NCBI RefSeq assembly: GCF_018977255.1
Contig: NW_024704742.1
Location: 12,650,001 to 12,714,000 of the forward strand
Reading direction: 5' to 3'
DNA: 64,000 nucleotides
DNA from: Callorhinchus milii
Lineage: Eukaryota
How positions within the stretch are numbered: position 1 is the stretch's first letter; each line of letters opens with the position of its first letter. Position numbers and translations under genes: made by a program. The notes under the pieces were generated by a model that was not told the origin of the DNA, ran no database searches, and saw only the letters and a list, made by a program, of their open reading frames with translations. Shown here one piece after another: positions 12,085-24,467 of this stretch.

Positions 12085-13078
12085 GTAAGATTAAAATAGT
12101 TTAACCCACTTTATTTCACTCTTTTCATTCTGCTGTGCATCTTTTCTTCCATCCACCTTAAAGTTTATTTATTAGTTTCCTTTCCTGTCCACAATAGTTC
12201 TTTGTTTACCTGCTCACCAGCTGGGAAAAGGTGGCTGAAGTCATATTCCACATCTATTGATTTTAAGATTTAAAATTTTTAAATAATTCTTTAATCTTTT
12301 TGTTTGGTTAGTCGATTTCCATCCATGCACAGGTTCCTAGTTTCATTTCTTTCATTCTCATATATAATCTCAGCAGTTTTTTTTATGTGTGGGGCAGTAG
12401 TGAAATCCAATTCTGAACTAATTTCAGTATCTCCACACTGTTCTGTTGTCAATATAGTTTTTCCAAGAAACCTCCATGTACAGAACATAAAAGTAACCAC
12501 AAGTATTTACTACAATATTGTTCTGAATTTCTATTCATCATTTTTATATCTATTTCATCATATCTTTTAAATGTATTTAATTCAGCAGAGGGTTTTTTTT
12601 TCCTTTTAGTTCCATGATAGAAATGTTTATATAATCTGAGGATATGATAAATGTCTGGAAATACAGACCATAAATTTCAGTTATCTTTGAAATATGACTA
12701 CTGTAATTGTCCCTTAAGTATTTTCCAGTGGATGTAAGTGAACATTCAAAATTGTTGTTAACCGTTTGCTTCATATCCCCCGCCCTAACCTCTCCACCAT
12801 CGGCGGCCAAGCTTTCAGCCGTTATGCCCCCGGTTTCTGGAACTCCATCCAGGAGTCTCTCCAACTGGCTCCCTTCCTTCTCTTGTTTGAGGCTCATCTC
12901 AGGATCTACCTCTTTCATTGCACCTTCAATCATCTTTCCCCTCCCAAACCCAACTCAGGTGCCCAGGCAGCTTTGTTGAGTATTTGGAGACATCCTCCCA
13001 ATGTAAAAGCTAGTGAAAGTAGATACCTGGGAAAACTGGTATCAAGCTTTTAAAAGTCCACTTGTCCATATTTTTTAG

Positions 13079-13268
13079 GTTGACATCGGGCTCAGAAAAT
13101 ACTCTGTTCCACTATATTTCTTTGGAAACCATACAGGGGATATTCATCGCTCCCACACATACAGATGTTGCACAACTCGGTGGTTCTATCCACTCTCAGT
13201 TAATCAAGAACTTCCATCGTTGTTGCCTATCAATAAGGTCAATCTTCCAACAAAACTCGGACAAACAG
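13079..13268 (+). CDS. INTU: INTU coding exon (190 nt)
   Basis: ttttag|g...cag|gtgttt. [26 protein letters not shown]...[23 protein letters not shown]. Confidence 0.94.
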
Positions 13269-13379
13269 GTGTTTTTTTTTCAAAATATTGAAGAAAATTT
13301 GCATTGGTCTTCATTGTCATATTTGCATAACACACAAATGTATAACATTGCATGTTTGCAGTAACTTTCATGTAGGGTG

Positions 13380-14070
13380 TCCACCTTAAAGCCTTTCACA
13401 AAGATGATGATAGCCAGTGAGCAGGGAAGAAAGGAGGGGGAGTTGGAGCATATTACCCAAATTCATGGTCAAAGAGAAGCTTTATGAAGATTAGAGAATG
13501 CAAAAGGTAAAGGGATTTTGGGAGAGTTACAGAAAGCAGGGGTATATTAGTTGAATGATCAAGCACCAATGGGGAGGGGGGAGCGGGGAAAAGAGGAATG
13601 AGAATAGGAATAGGCCAGAGTGAAGAATGACAGTAGGCAGAGTGCGGAGGGCAGAAGGTCCAGGGAGGAAAATAGGGCTGTGGAACATTACAGAATGGTT
13701 GAGGTTCAGGATGAGGTTCTTGGATGTGACAGCTGGGAGCCAGTGGAGCCTGGAGTTAGTGGGGATATTGTGTCTGGAGCCAGGAACTGGAGAATATGTC
13801 ATGAGGTGGAGCTAGGAAGGTAAGTAAGGAGAGCAAAAATATGTTTTGAGAAATTTTGTCTTAAGTTGATGAAAGCATGAATGAAAGTTTCAGCTGTGTT
13901 TGGGGTTAGAGGGGCCTCTAGGCAAGCATTGTTCTAGAGATGGAAGAAGGCAGTGTTGGAAAAAGACTACATGTACAACAACGTAGAGTTTGAAGCACAG
14001 TTGAGAGATATAATGTAACTCAGAAATAAGACTCAAATAACCTAACTTATTGGTCCAGTGGTTTAGAACT
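13380..14070 (-). mobile_element. Old, highly decayed L2 fragment
   Basis: Minus-strand SRLHWLP motif and the purine-rich + strand typical of antisense L2. Confidence 0.55.
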
Positions 14071-14186
14071 AAACCAAAATAAGTGTGATGGGGTGGAAAG
14101 CCTTGCTCTTTACAGGCTTTAAAGATCCAAGGATAATGTGCCACGTAATGGCTATTGTCATGATACACACTTTTTATTTTTAATAG

Positions 14187-14353
14187 GCAAAAAAATGCCC
14201 AGATGGCATCTATAATTCAACTCGGAAAGGTCTGAGGAAAAGTAGCTCAGGACTTGGTCTTGTCAAGGAGCATGGAGTCTTATTCCAGTGTAGTCCTGAA
14301 AATTGGACTGAGCAGAAGAAGCTACCTCCTACCATGGCTTATTGGGTTGTCGG
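14187..14353 (+). CDS. INTU: INTU coding exon (167 nt)
   Basis: taatag|gca...gg|gtaagt. ...[31 protein letters not shown]. Confidence 0.93.
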
Positions 14354-14859
14354 GTAAGTCAACTTGATCATTCGCTTTACAGAAATTCCGGATCAATTTT
14401 TTATGTCTGTTGTCTTCAAGAATCCAGATAAATCATCATTAGGCTTTTCAACTATTTTTAGATGGTATTTTAGTCAGAATTAGTCAAAAAGAATTGACAA
14501 ACTTGGGTTATCATCAATGGGTGATGCTGTTTTTCATCGTTGCTAATTAATTTCAATTTGAAGGCCCTATTTACCTTCCCTATTGCTTTTGAAACGTTCT
14601 TCACCTTGAAGAAGTCCTATTTCTGTATTTCTACTAAAGCTTCTCTTTGGGAAGCCCTCTGATCTGAAATGCTGTACTCTGTCCAGCGCCTTGGGACGTC
14701 CTCCATATGGGAAAGGCGCTATACAAATGTAATCTTGTTGTTGTTGTTATTGATTTTCTCTCCATCCTTCTCTGTGGAGAAGTATCTATTTTGGTCATCA
14801 TGTAAGGACTACTGATTCTATCCTTAGTGTCAATGTTGTCATTATTTTCATGCACAGGT

Positions 14860-15050
14860 GTTTAGGGGAAGAGGAAATAATCACCAATAAATTAAAAATT
14901 ATTGTATTGAACTGTTCACATTTTATTGCAGACTGAAATGTTACTTTAGGTTTTGGGGGAGAGGGAGGAGAAAGAAATCATCTCCGATAATGAAAAATTA
15001 TTGTATTGAACTGTTCACATTTTATTGCAGACTAAAATGTTACTTTAGGT
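14860..15050. repeat. Tandem duplication (~95-100-bp unit)
   Basis: aaaaattattgtattgaactgttcacattttattgcagact(g/a)aaatgttactttaggt at 14894-14951 and 14993-15050. Confidence 0.9.
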
Positions 15051-15119
15051 AAAGCTAGTTAAGAGAAAATGACCACTTATGTAACTTCTTGTAATCTGAG
15101 ATTTTTATTCTTCTTACAG

Positions 15120-15231
15120 GAGACTCTTTGTAGATCCTTATCCTCAAGAGGTCTACGTGTGTTTCCATGACTCTGTAGAAGAAGTTGCTGTGGAACTAGC
15201 TTTCAAACTCTCATTTGGATTGGTTACATAA
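15120..15231 (+). CDS. INTU: INTU terminal coding exon, including TAA stop
   Basis: ttacag|g. [36 protein letters not shown], similar to the human C-terminus [36 protein letters not shown]. Confidence 0.95.
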
Positions 15232-17599
15232 CATAAATACAACTGCACCAATTTCCAAATAAGGAAAGCTTTGGACCACAATTCATAAATGCAACTGCAG
15301 CACAATTCATTGTCCGTACTTGGAAGTGCATGGCAAAATTGGATATTTAATTTTTCTCCGGATAGTCCATCAGCTGGATATTACATCTTGAACATTCAGG
15401 AGCAATTTTGATGAACATTCAGTGAACCAAGGATATTAAACAATGCTGATTTAAAATGTTTCAATAATGAAGGGAATCTTTATTTCTTTAAGAACCTGTT
15501 CTGCTATCTTACAGGTTAAATGAAAGATAATGGTTGTGATAATCTGTTTATATAATTTTGTAAATTCTTGTCACAGTTTAATGTAATCATTGCACTCAAG
15601 AGAGTATAGATTTGTATTGTGTGCATTTCCTATTAGATTTTTGACTATTATGAAGCATGAAGTGCAAATTACTGCTTGAAATGTGCCTTTCAAAGAGAAT
15701 CTATATGATGAATACAAATTTAAAATTTTTACATGAATATATCTGTTTCAAATTGCCTGAAATGAAAAGGCAATTAAACCACGAAACAATATATTGGCAA
15801 ACATTTGTTCATAATTATATTTTTCACTTTTGCTTTCTATTACATTTTCCATCAAACATAACTGAAATTAGTGATGTGGATTGTTCCATTTTCTCCCCTG
15901 AAGAAGGAAGCTTGGTTGTGATCAGAAAGAAAAAAAAATCATGTTGTGGTTAATATTATGAGGAATATTTAAATTAATATTTAATAATTCTTTGAGGCAT
16001 ATGGGGAGGCCTATGCCACAGCAATGTGATGTCAACTTCTGTTTCTTCCTCCCCCCCCCAAAAAAAAAACTTTCTCAACCAGAAACCTCCAGTACCTCCT
16101 CCATTGATGCGATTAGAAAGTAAGTGTCAGCAGAATATTTGACTGAAAATAATAAATAATCCTTGTATTTGGTTACAAGTATTTGGCGTCTTGTATTTGG
16201 CGCCTTTCCATGTTAAGAGGATGTACCAAAGCACTTCACAGGATTTTATTGTCAACTGGAGTGTAGGCAAACACAAATTGTGCATAGTAATGTCTCACAC
16301 AGCCACAAAACAATGACCAATTTTATTTGGGGGATTGTTGGTCTGGACACTGGGAAAAACTCTCCTCTTTTTGATTACTGCCATGGGATCTTTAACTTCC
16401 ACCTGAAAAGGCATATGGAACCTCGGTTTGTCTCATCTTAAGCACGGCATCTTTGGTCAGCGATGCATTGGAGTTTCAGCTTAGGCTATGTTAGTTCAAG
16501 TTAGTTCAAATTCTGACGTGGGACTACAAACCCACAGCCATCTCAGAAAGAGCATCAGCACTAAGCTCAATCCTGTTCTTTTCCAACATTCACACACATG
16601 TGCATGTGACAGGCCACCATCCGAGTGGAAAGCCTTTTTTTTTTAACAGCCACTCCCAGATCAGTGGATTCAGAGAACAATGTCTTTATCCAATGGATCA
16701 GGCTATCAGGGAAAGCTTCTGGAAAATGATTTTTATCCTGCTTGGTCATTGTTAGACCAAATAAAATGGCCCGACAAATGAATGGACCTGTGAAAAAAGA
16801 TCGGAATTCTATAATTCTGTTATATGCAAAGTGAAAAAAGTAAAATTCAAAAATGTCTTGAAGAAATAATTGCTGTCTTCAGTTCCAGTCCATGCATTTC
16901 CATCAAAACGTTTTGAAGCAGGGAATGGAAAATTTGGGAGAAACTTCAACACTTACAATAGCTAGGGTCTTCAGCAGAATACTAACACAGTATTACTAAA
17001 AAAATTACTAACAGAATACCATATATATATAACAATAAACTCTTATTCACTTCTTATAAATACAGTATGATACCCAACGATAGGTGATAGATTTTTTTCT
17101 TCCTTGTTGACTTTTTTGCTTTCTGCAAAAAGTTAGTTGAGGAAACATAATTTTAAATTAATTTGTAATTACTTGACCTCTATAACTTAAGCTATCATCC
17201 ATCACCTGCTGTGAAATAGGCTATTTGGATTTTTAGTCTGTTACTTTAGTTGTTTCATTTGGGAAAATATCATGTTCCAAATTGTTACGGTCATTTTGTT
17301 CCATCAGCCGGGTGTCTCTGACACATGCAAGAACCAATCACTACGCTTAAGAGTATTCAAACCAGACATGAGTTCAATGTATACCACCTACATGTGAAAA
17401 TGTCTGTCTGGAAGGAAATGTGCAATCTCTTCCTGGAGGGTAGAGCCTCCAGGAACTGGTCTAGCTTCCAAGTCTTATCAATGAGCCAGGCTGACTGGGA
17501 TGGCCTCAGCAATTCTCTGGAATACTGCAGACCCGCCTAGCTCAGGAGCCAGATTATTAAAGGGTTGACTCAATTCCGCTGAAAAGCATGTCATCTTGG

Positions 17600-18420
17600 A
17601 GACAGTTTCTGCTTACCACATTCTGCCCCGATCCTTTCCAGTTGATGATATATATCAGTATCTGGGCTTGGGATGGCCACCAGCTCCTGGCAACCTTTCC
17701 GCTGTTTCTCCAAGAAGGCCCATCCTACCTATGAGTAAAATCGACTACCTGCCATCTCGACCCCCTCCCCACCCAGCTGCTGGTCGCTCAACTCCCCCTC
17801 CTCTCCCCACTGCTGGTAAGACACCATAAATCAGTCCCTCTCCTCAGGCTCAGTCCCACTCACCCTCAAAACAGCTGTCATCACTCCCCTCCTCAAAAAA
17901 TCTATTCTTGATCCCTCCAACCTGATGCACTACCATCCCATTTCAAACCTGCCCTTCATTGCCAAAGCCCTGGAACGCATGTTGCCAACCAACTTCACTC
18001 ACACCTCGCCCTCCACTCCCTTCTCAAACATTTCCAGTCCATTTTCTGCCCAGTACACAGCACAGAGACAGCGCTACTCAAAGTAACAAATAACGTCCTC
18101 TCTGCAAGGGTCCCTCTGCCTCATCGTCCTCCTGGACCTCTCCACTGCGTTCGAAACAGTTGACCACGCCATCCTCCACCTTATTGGCACCACACTCACA
18201 TGGTTCGAGTGCTACTTAACCAACTGCCAGCACTTCATCTCAGCCAATAGTTTTTCCTCTTGCCCCCCCCCGGTCACCTGCGGAGGACCCCAAGGCTCCA
18301 TCCTTAACCCCCTCCTCTTCCTTATCTACATGCTCCTTCTCGGTGATATCATGCACAGACACGGGGTAAATTTGCACATGTATAGGGATGACACACAAAT
18401 CTACTCTTCCTCCAACTGTG
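17600..18420 (+). mobile_element. L2 LINE internal fragment (RT region)
   Basis: Degenerate YHPISNLPF, DLSTAFETV, PQGSIL and MYRDDTQ motifs. Confidence 0.8.
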
Positions 18421-18759
18421 AATCCCAGTTCTGTCAACTTGTTAAGCATTACAAGACACTTAACAACACTGGCTTGGCACACAAATTTGAGGTGGGAGAT
18501 GAGGGGATTAGTTAGTGAGGGTAAAGATGAGCAAACGCACTGTACAACGGGGTTCAAAATGGACTGATTGTCTGTGGATGAACCATGCTGGAATGCTTGC
18601 AAATGTCCTGAATTATATACAGTAACTGACAAACAAAACAAAATTAGCAGAATCTCTTTGCAATCTTTCCTCAGTGGAGGTTAATTATTGAAATTTGCTG
18701 CCGCAAAATATAGTCAGTTCAATTTACAGTATATTCTGTGAAGCATTTTGAGACGTCTT

Positions 18760-21700
18760 ACAACAACAACAACTTGGATTTATATAGTGCTCTCCACGCC
18801 GGACGGCATCTCAGAGCGCTTCACAGAACGGATCCTGGGGCCGAGCCAGGTGGAGGGGGAGGAAAGTGACGAAAGGCACGGTCGAAAAGAAGTCTTCAGC
18901 AGAGACCTGAAAATAGGAAGAGAGGGGGCGAGGCAAAGGGAGTGAGGAAGGGAGTTCCAGGGCGTAGTGGCTGAAGGCACGGCTACCAATGGTGGAGCGG
19001 AGGATTCAGGGGACAAGGAGGAGGCCAGACCCGGTGGAGCGAAGACAACAGACAACAGCATTGTTGTGAGGAGTGAGGAGGTCAGAGAGGTAGGGGGGTG
19101 CAGAAGAGTGTAGGGATTTGAAGACGAGTGAGGATCTTGAAGTCGATCCTCTCTGGACAGGCAGCCAGTGCAGTCTGGCAAGGACCGGGGTAATCGGGGA
19201 GCGGAGTGTGTTGCAGGTAATAATGCGGGCGGCAGAGTTTTGGATGATCTGGATTTTCTAAATGGTAGTGGAGGGGAGACCGGCGAGGAGAGCATTTGAA
19301 TAGTCCAGCCGAGAGGTGACAAAGCCATGGACCAGGGTTTCAGCGACTTTCGGAGTGAGGCATTGGCAATGGGCGATGTGTCGGAAGAAGAAAGCGGTAC
19401 TGGTGAGGAACCGGATGTGGGGGAGGAAGGATAATTGGGGGTTGAACCTGACGCCTAGGTTGCGTACGGGTTCAGAGAATTTTAGGGGGAGGTCGGGTAA
19501 GTGGAGGAGGTGAGAACCATGCGATTTTAGAGTTGACGAGAGCCAAAGAGTATGGCTTCTGTCTTGTCAACATTTAGCTGAAGGAAATTCATGTTCATTC
19601 AGCTCCTGATGTCTGACAGGCAGGCTGACAGAACATCAGGGGTCTGGGGGTCGCAAAGTGAGGTGGAAAAATGGAGTTGGGTGTCGTCCGCATGCATGTG
19701 GAAGTGTACCCCATGTCTGTGGATGACATCCCCAAGAGGGAGCATATAGATTAGGAAGAGGAGGGGGCCAAGGATGGATCCTTGGTACCCCACAGGTGAC
19801 TGGGTGACAGCGGGAAGAAAAGCCATTTGTGCAGATGTACTGCTGGCAGTTCGTGAGGTAGGACTCAAAACAGGCGAGTGCGGTCCCAGTGAGGTGGATG
19901 CCGGAGGAAAGGCAGTGGAGGAGGATAGTGTGATCGACTGTGTCGAAAGTGGCGGAGAGGTCCAGAAGGACAAGGAGGCAGAGGGAGCCCTGGTCATAGA
20001 TAGAGAGGTTGTCATTTGAGACTTTCACAAGCGCAGTCTCTGTACTGTGGGCAGGGCGGAAACCGGACTGGAGTGTTCCGAAGAGGGAGTGGGAGGAGAG
20101 GTGTGCGCGGAGTTGGTTGGCAACAATGCTTTCTAGGACTTTGGCAAGGAAGGGCAGGTTTGAAGTAGGGTGGTAGTGGCTGCGGTTTGATGGATCTAGG
20201 GAAGGTTTTTTGAGGAGGTGGGGTGATGATAGCAGTTTTGAGGGGGGCAGGGACTGATCCAGAGGAGAGGGACTGGTTGATGACGTCAGCCAGTAGTGGG
20301 CAGAGGAGGGGGAGCTGGGTGACCAGCAAGTTGGGGGGGAGGGGGTCGAAGCAGCAGGTGGTGGGTTTCATTGAAATGATGGTGGGTGAAAGGGAGGAAG
20401 GAGAGATGTAGGATGGGGATCGTGGTAGGAGCTGATGATGGGGAGGGTGAGGGGAACAGAGAGCCCGTGGCGGTGGGTGACAAGAGGCAGGAGAATGAGG
20501 CTGCCTGGCGGATGTTATGTATTTTGGTTGAAAAAAAGTCCATGACCTCCTTGCACTTGGCATTAGATGTGAAGATTGATGAGGCCTGAGGGGGGGCACG
20601 GAGGAGATAGTGGGTGGTGGAAAAAAAGACTTTGGGATTGTTTTTTGCTTCCAAGATGATGTTGGAGTAGAAGGCCGATTTCGCGCATATGAAAGAATGG
20701 CGGTAGCTGTGGAGATGCTCGAGCCACAGTTGGTGGTGAACTGTCAGGCCAGTTTTCTGCCATCTGCGCTCGAGCAGCGGAGTTTTTATGGAGCAGAGAT
20801 GATTGCTATACCAGGGGGATTGGGTGGGTTTGGAGATGGTCCTGGATTTCAGGGGACGAGAGAGTTGAAGGTGGAGGAGAGGCGATCAGGTTCTCTGTGG
20901 GTGGAAGGCCAGAGGCATAGGATATTTGAGGATGTGAGGGCCTTTGTGAGGGTCTCAGGGGTTAGCCTTTTCCACGGGCAGTAGAATATGGTGAGGACTT
21001 GGTGGAGGAGAGAGGGATGTGAGAGGAGAAGGAGATGAGGAAGTAGTCTGAGATGGCCTTGTCCACCATGCTAAGGCCGAAAATGTCAAGGCCGTGGGTG
21101 ATGATGAGGTTGAGAGCATGGCCACGGTTGTGGGTCGGTGAATTAATGTGAAGGGTGAGGTTTAGGGAGGAGAGGAGGGCAGTGAAGTCAGAAGAAGTGG
21201 TGCAAGGGGAGTTTAGGTGGAGGTTGAAATCGCCCATTATGAGCAGGCATTTGGAGCAGAGAGCCAGGGAAGAGAGGAGAGTAGAGATGTCAGAGAGGAA
21301 GGGTGGGGTGGGGGGCTTGGGTGGGGGGGCTTAGAATATGGGGGCAGTAGACCAGAAGGATTTTCAGTGGGAGAGAGGGATGGAAGAGAGTGAGGTGCTC
21401 AAAGGAGGGGAAGCAGCCAGAGGAGTAGAGGGAAAGACCAAGGGAGGCTTTGGAGATGAGGGCCACCCCGGCGCCATGTTGGTTTGGACAGGGGGATGTG
21501 ATGGAAGGAGTAGCCTGGAGGGGAGGCTTCAATAGGGGGACGGGGTCATTGGGGGAGAGCCAGGTTTCTGTGAGCCCAAGAAGGTCGAGGTGCTCATCCA
21601 GGATGAAGTCATGGATTGTGAGAGCTTTGTTTGAGAAGGAATGGACATTTTGAAGGGAAATGTGAATGGGTTTGCTGGTGGGAGGAGAGAGTAATGCGGA
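18760..21700 (-). mobile_element. L2 LINE, EN-RT region, decayed, between INTU and SLC25A31
   Basis: (CAA)n tail at 18760. Minus-strand ORFs carry MGDFNLHLN, DLSATFDTVDH, QGSILGP and HADDTQ. Confidence 0.92.
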
Positions 21701-21703
21701 GAG

Positions 21704-22955
21704 GATGGCCGGGGGGGGTCAGTGATGGCCGGGGGAGGGGTCAGTGATGGCTGGGGGGGTCAGTGATGGCCGGGGGGGGGGCAGTGATGGCCGAGGGGTG
21801 GGGGGGGTGGGCAGTGATGGCCGGGGGGTGGGCAGTGATGGCCGGGGGGGGTCAGTGATGGCCCATGGGGGGTGGTCAGTGATGGCCGGGGGGGGTGGGT
21901 CAGGATGGCCGGGGGGGGGGTCAGTGATGGGGGGGGGTTCAGTGATGGCGGGGGGGGGGGTTCAGTGATGGCGGGGGGGGGGTTCAGTGATGGCGGGGGG
22001 GGGTGGGTCAGTGATGGCGGGGGGGGGTCAGTGATGGCCGGGGGGGTCAGTGATGGCCGGGGGGGGCAGTGATGGCCGGGGGCGGGGGCAGTGATGGCCG
22101 GGGGCAGGGGGGCAGTGATGGCCGGGGGGGGGGGCAGTGATGGCCGGGGGGGGGGGGGCAGTGATGGCCGGAGGGGGGGCAGTGATGGCCGGGGGGGGGC
22201 AGTGATGGCCGGGGGGGGGCAGTGATGGCCGGGGGGGGGCAGTGATGGCCGGGGGGGGCAGTGATGGCCGGGGGGGGCAGTGATGGCCGGGGGGGGGGGC
22301 AGTGATGGCCGGGGGGGGGCAGTGATGGCCGGGGGGGGGGGCAGTGATGGCCGGGGGGGCAGTGATGGCCGGGGGGGGCAGTGATGGCCGGGGGGGGCAG
22401 TGATGGCCGGGGGGGGGGCAGTGATGGCCGGGGGGGGGGCAGTGATGGCCGGGGGGGAATGATGGCCGGGGGGGGGAATGATGGCCGGGGGGGCGGGCAG
22501 TGATGGCCGGGGGGGGGGCAGTGATGGCCGGGGGGGGGGCAGTGATGGCCGGGGGGGGGGGGGGGGCAGTGATGGCCGGGGGGGGCAGTGATGGCCGGGG
22601 GGGGGGCAGTGATGGCCGCGGGGGGGGGGCAGTGATGGCCGGGGGGGGGGGCAGTGATGGCCGGGGGGGGCAGTGATGGCCGGGGGGCAGTGATGGCCGG
22701 GGGCGGGGGGCAGTGATGGCCGGGGGCAGGGGGGCAGTGATGGCCGGGGGGGGGGGGGGCAGTGATGGCCGGGGGGGGGGGGCAGTGATGGCCGGGGGGG
22801 GGCAGTGATGGCCGGGGGGGGGGGGCAGTGATGGCCGGGGGGGGGGGGGGGGGAGGGGGGCAGTGATGGCCGGGGGGGGGGGGGGCAGTGATGGCCGGGG
22901 GGGGGGGGGGGGGGCAGTGATGGCCGGGGGGGGCAGTGATGGCCGGGGGGGGGCA
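21704..22955. repeat. G-rich minisatellite (CAGTGATGGCC-G(n))
   Basis: Roughly 60 tandem units (estimated from length) with variable G-run length. Confidence 0.97.
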
Positions 22956-23196
22956 CTTTTTTTTTAATTGTGAGACCCCTTTCCCCCATATACACTGTAA
23001 TGTTATTATTATTATTATTATAATGTTCCAGGAGCACATGTTGGGGATTTCCCTCAAAAATCAGCACAGCGACAGCGTGAGAACGCTTGCGGGGTGACGT
23101 AATCTTACGTACTCACGCGACACGCGGTCCTCGCCTGTCCGTTCACAGCCGCTCCGCAGCCATCTCGTCTCTTCATCTCGCCGCCTGACCCTCGCC

Positions 23197-23401
23197 ATGT
23201 CCGGCACCTTTTTCGACCCGGTCTCCTTCGTGACCGACCTGCTGGCCGGAGGCATAGCGGCTGCCATTTCCAAGACGGCGGTGGCGCCCATCGAGCGGGT
23301 TAAACTGCTGCTGCAGGTGCAGGCGTCGAGCAAGCAGATCCGCGTCGACCAGCAGTACAAGGGCATCGTGGACTGTGTGATCAGGATACCCCGCGAGCAG
23401 G
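23197..23401 (+). CDS. SLC25A31: ADP/ATP translocase 4 (ANT4), exon 1
   Basis: gccATG in a CpG-rich region. [48 protein letters not shown]...IPREQ(G), donor g|gtaagc. QASSKQI and IPREQG are ANT4-type. Confidence 0.95.
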
Positions 23402-23405
23402 GTAA

Positions 23406-23597
23406 GCCCGGCCCAGCCCCAGCCCCGCCCCGGCCCAGCCCCAGCCCCAGCCCAGCCCCAGGCCCAGCCCAGCCCCAGCCCAGCCCCAGCCCCGGCCCAG
23501 CCCCAGCCCAGCCCCAGGCCCAGCCCAGCCCCAGCCCAGCCCAGCCCCGGCCCAGCCCCAGGCCCAGCCCCAGGCCCAGGCCCAGCACCAGCCCCCC
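23406..23597. repeat. (CCCAGC/CCCAGG)n simple repeat at the start of SLC25A31 intron 1
   Basis: Directly visible degenerate 5-6-mer array. Confidence 0.95.
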
Positions 23598-24467
23598 GGC
23601 AACACACACCCGGCGCCGGGGGGGAGCACATCATCATCATCATAATTACTATTTTAAAATAAATTTTAAACAAAAATGGGATTTAAGTTATGACGAGGAT
23701 TTCTTTCCGTTTGAAATCCCCCAACTGTTTATTTTATTATTTTTTCTCTTTTTTTTAAAAAAAAAGGGGATTTGTTTTTTTTAAATATTTGCGCCACCGT
23801 TTGTCGGTTTGGGCCCCGCGTGCGGGACTCGGGCGTCTCGTGGGCACGAGGAGGTCACGTGGGGAGAGGGGAGGGGGCGTCAGGGCTGCGCTTTGTCTGC
23901 AGCTTCACTCAACCACTGCCAACGGCCCTCCACCCACTGCACTCAAATTGGTCATTCGTGGCTCCGCTGACTCACGTCATGTCATGGCTGTTTGTGGCCC
24001 ACTGCTCACTGTGTGCACAGCCGCAAACACAGCCACTCCTTACCTCGTGCTGAACCCTGTCGACAACAACGAATTACATTTGTATCCTATTGTAATTTGC
24101 ATAAGGTTCAAATTATGATTTTGTGTGTATACTACTTTCCTGATTTATGAATAAAATTGTACACTGCTCAGTATTAAGGGGCTTTTACTAAAAATTAGAA
24201 ATCAGTGGCATCACTTTTTTTCAACTTTGTGGTATACATTGAAAGTTCAGCTTCATCTGCATTCCTTTTGAATGAATATCGGAATGATCTGTTAACTAAA
24301 ACTTATATGCCGAACTCCAAAATGGAAGATCCAAATTTTAGCTTGTTAGTATCAATTCAGCATACACTCTGACCAATAAACAGAGTTTATGACTGTTGGA
24401 ATAACACAGATTGCTCTGTGCCAATTGCCAATTGAAAGAAGAAAGTTTGGATTTCTAGTCCATCTTA

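Larger units (their letters stand above)
23060..24060 (+). promoter_or_regulatory. CpG island / promoter of SLC25A31
   Basis: High CpG density around exon 1 compared with CpG-poor flanks. CRE-like TGACGTAA at 23095-23102; GCGGGA at 23822-23827; TCACGTG at 23855-23861. Confidence 0.7.

Noticed and set aside
15232..17040. INTU 3'UTR end / polyadenylation site
   Set aside because: Several AATAAA/ATTAAA candidates exist (some in SINE tails) and cannot be distinguished without transcript data; the same applies to SLC25A31.
21704..22955. CRISPR-like regular array
   Set aside because: The units are separated only by G homopolymers with no unique spacers; there are no cas genes and the context is eukaryotic.
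21760..23067. 435-aa and 336-aa proline-rich minus-strand ORFs (PPPGHHC/PAITA/RPSL)
   Set aside because: They are translations of the G-tract minisatellite, whose unit lacks stops on that strand; frames shift with homopolymer length.
23197..23784. 195-aa ORF of ANT N-terminus plus a Pro/Ser/Gln tail as a novel fusion protein
   Set aside because: It reads through the exon 1 donor (g|gtaagc at 23401/23402) into the (CCCAGC)n intron repeat; the spliced ANT4 model explains it.
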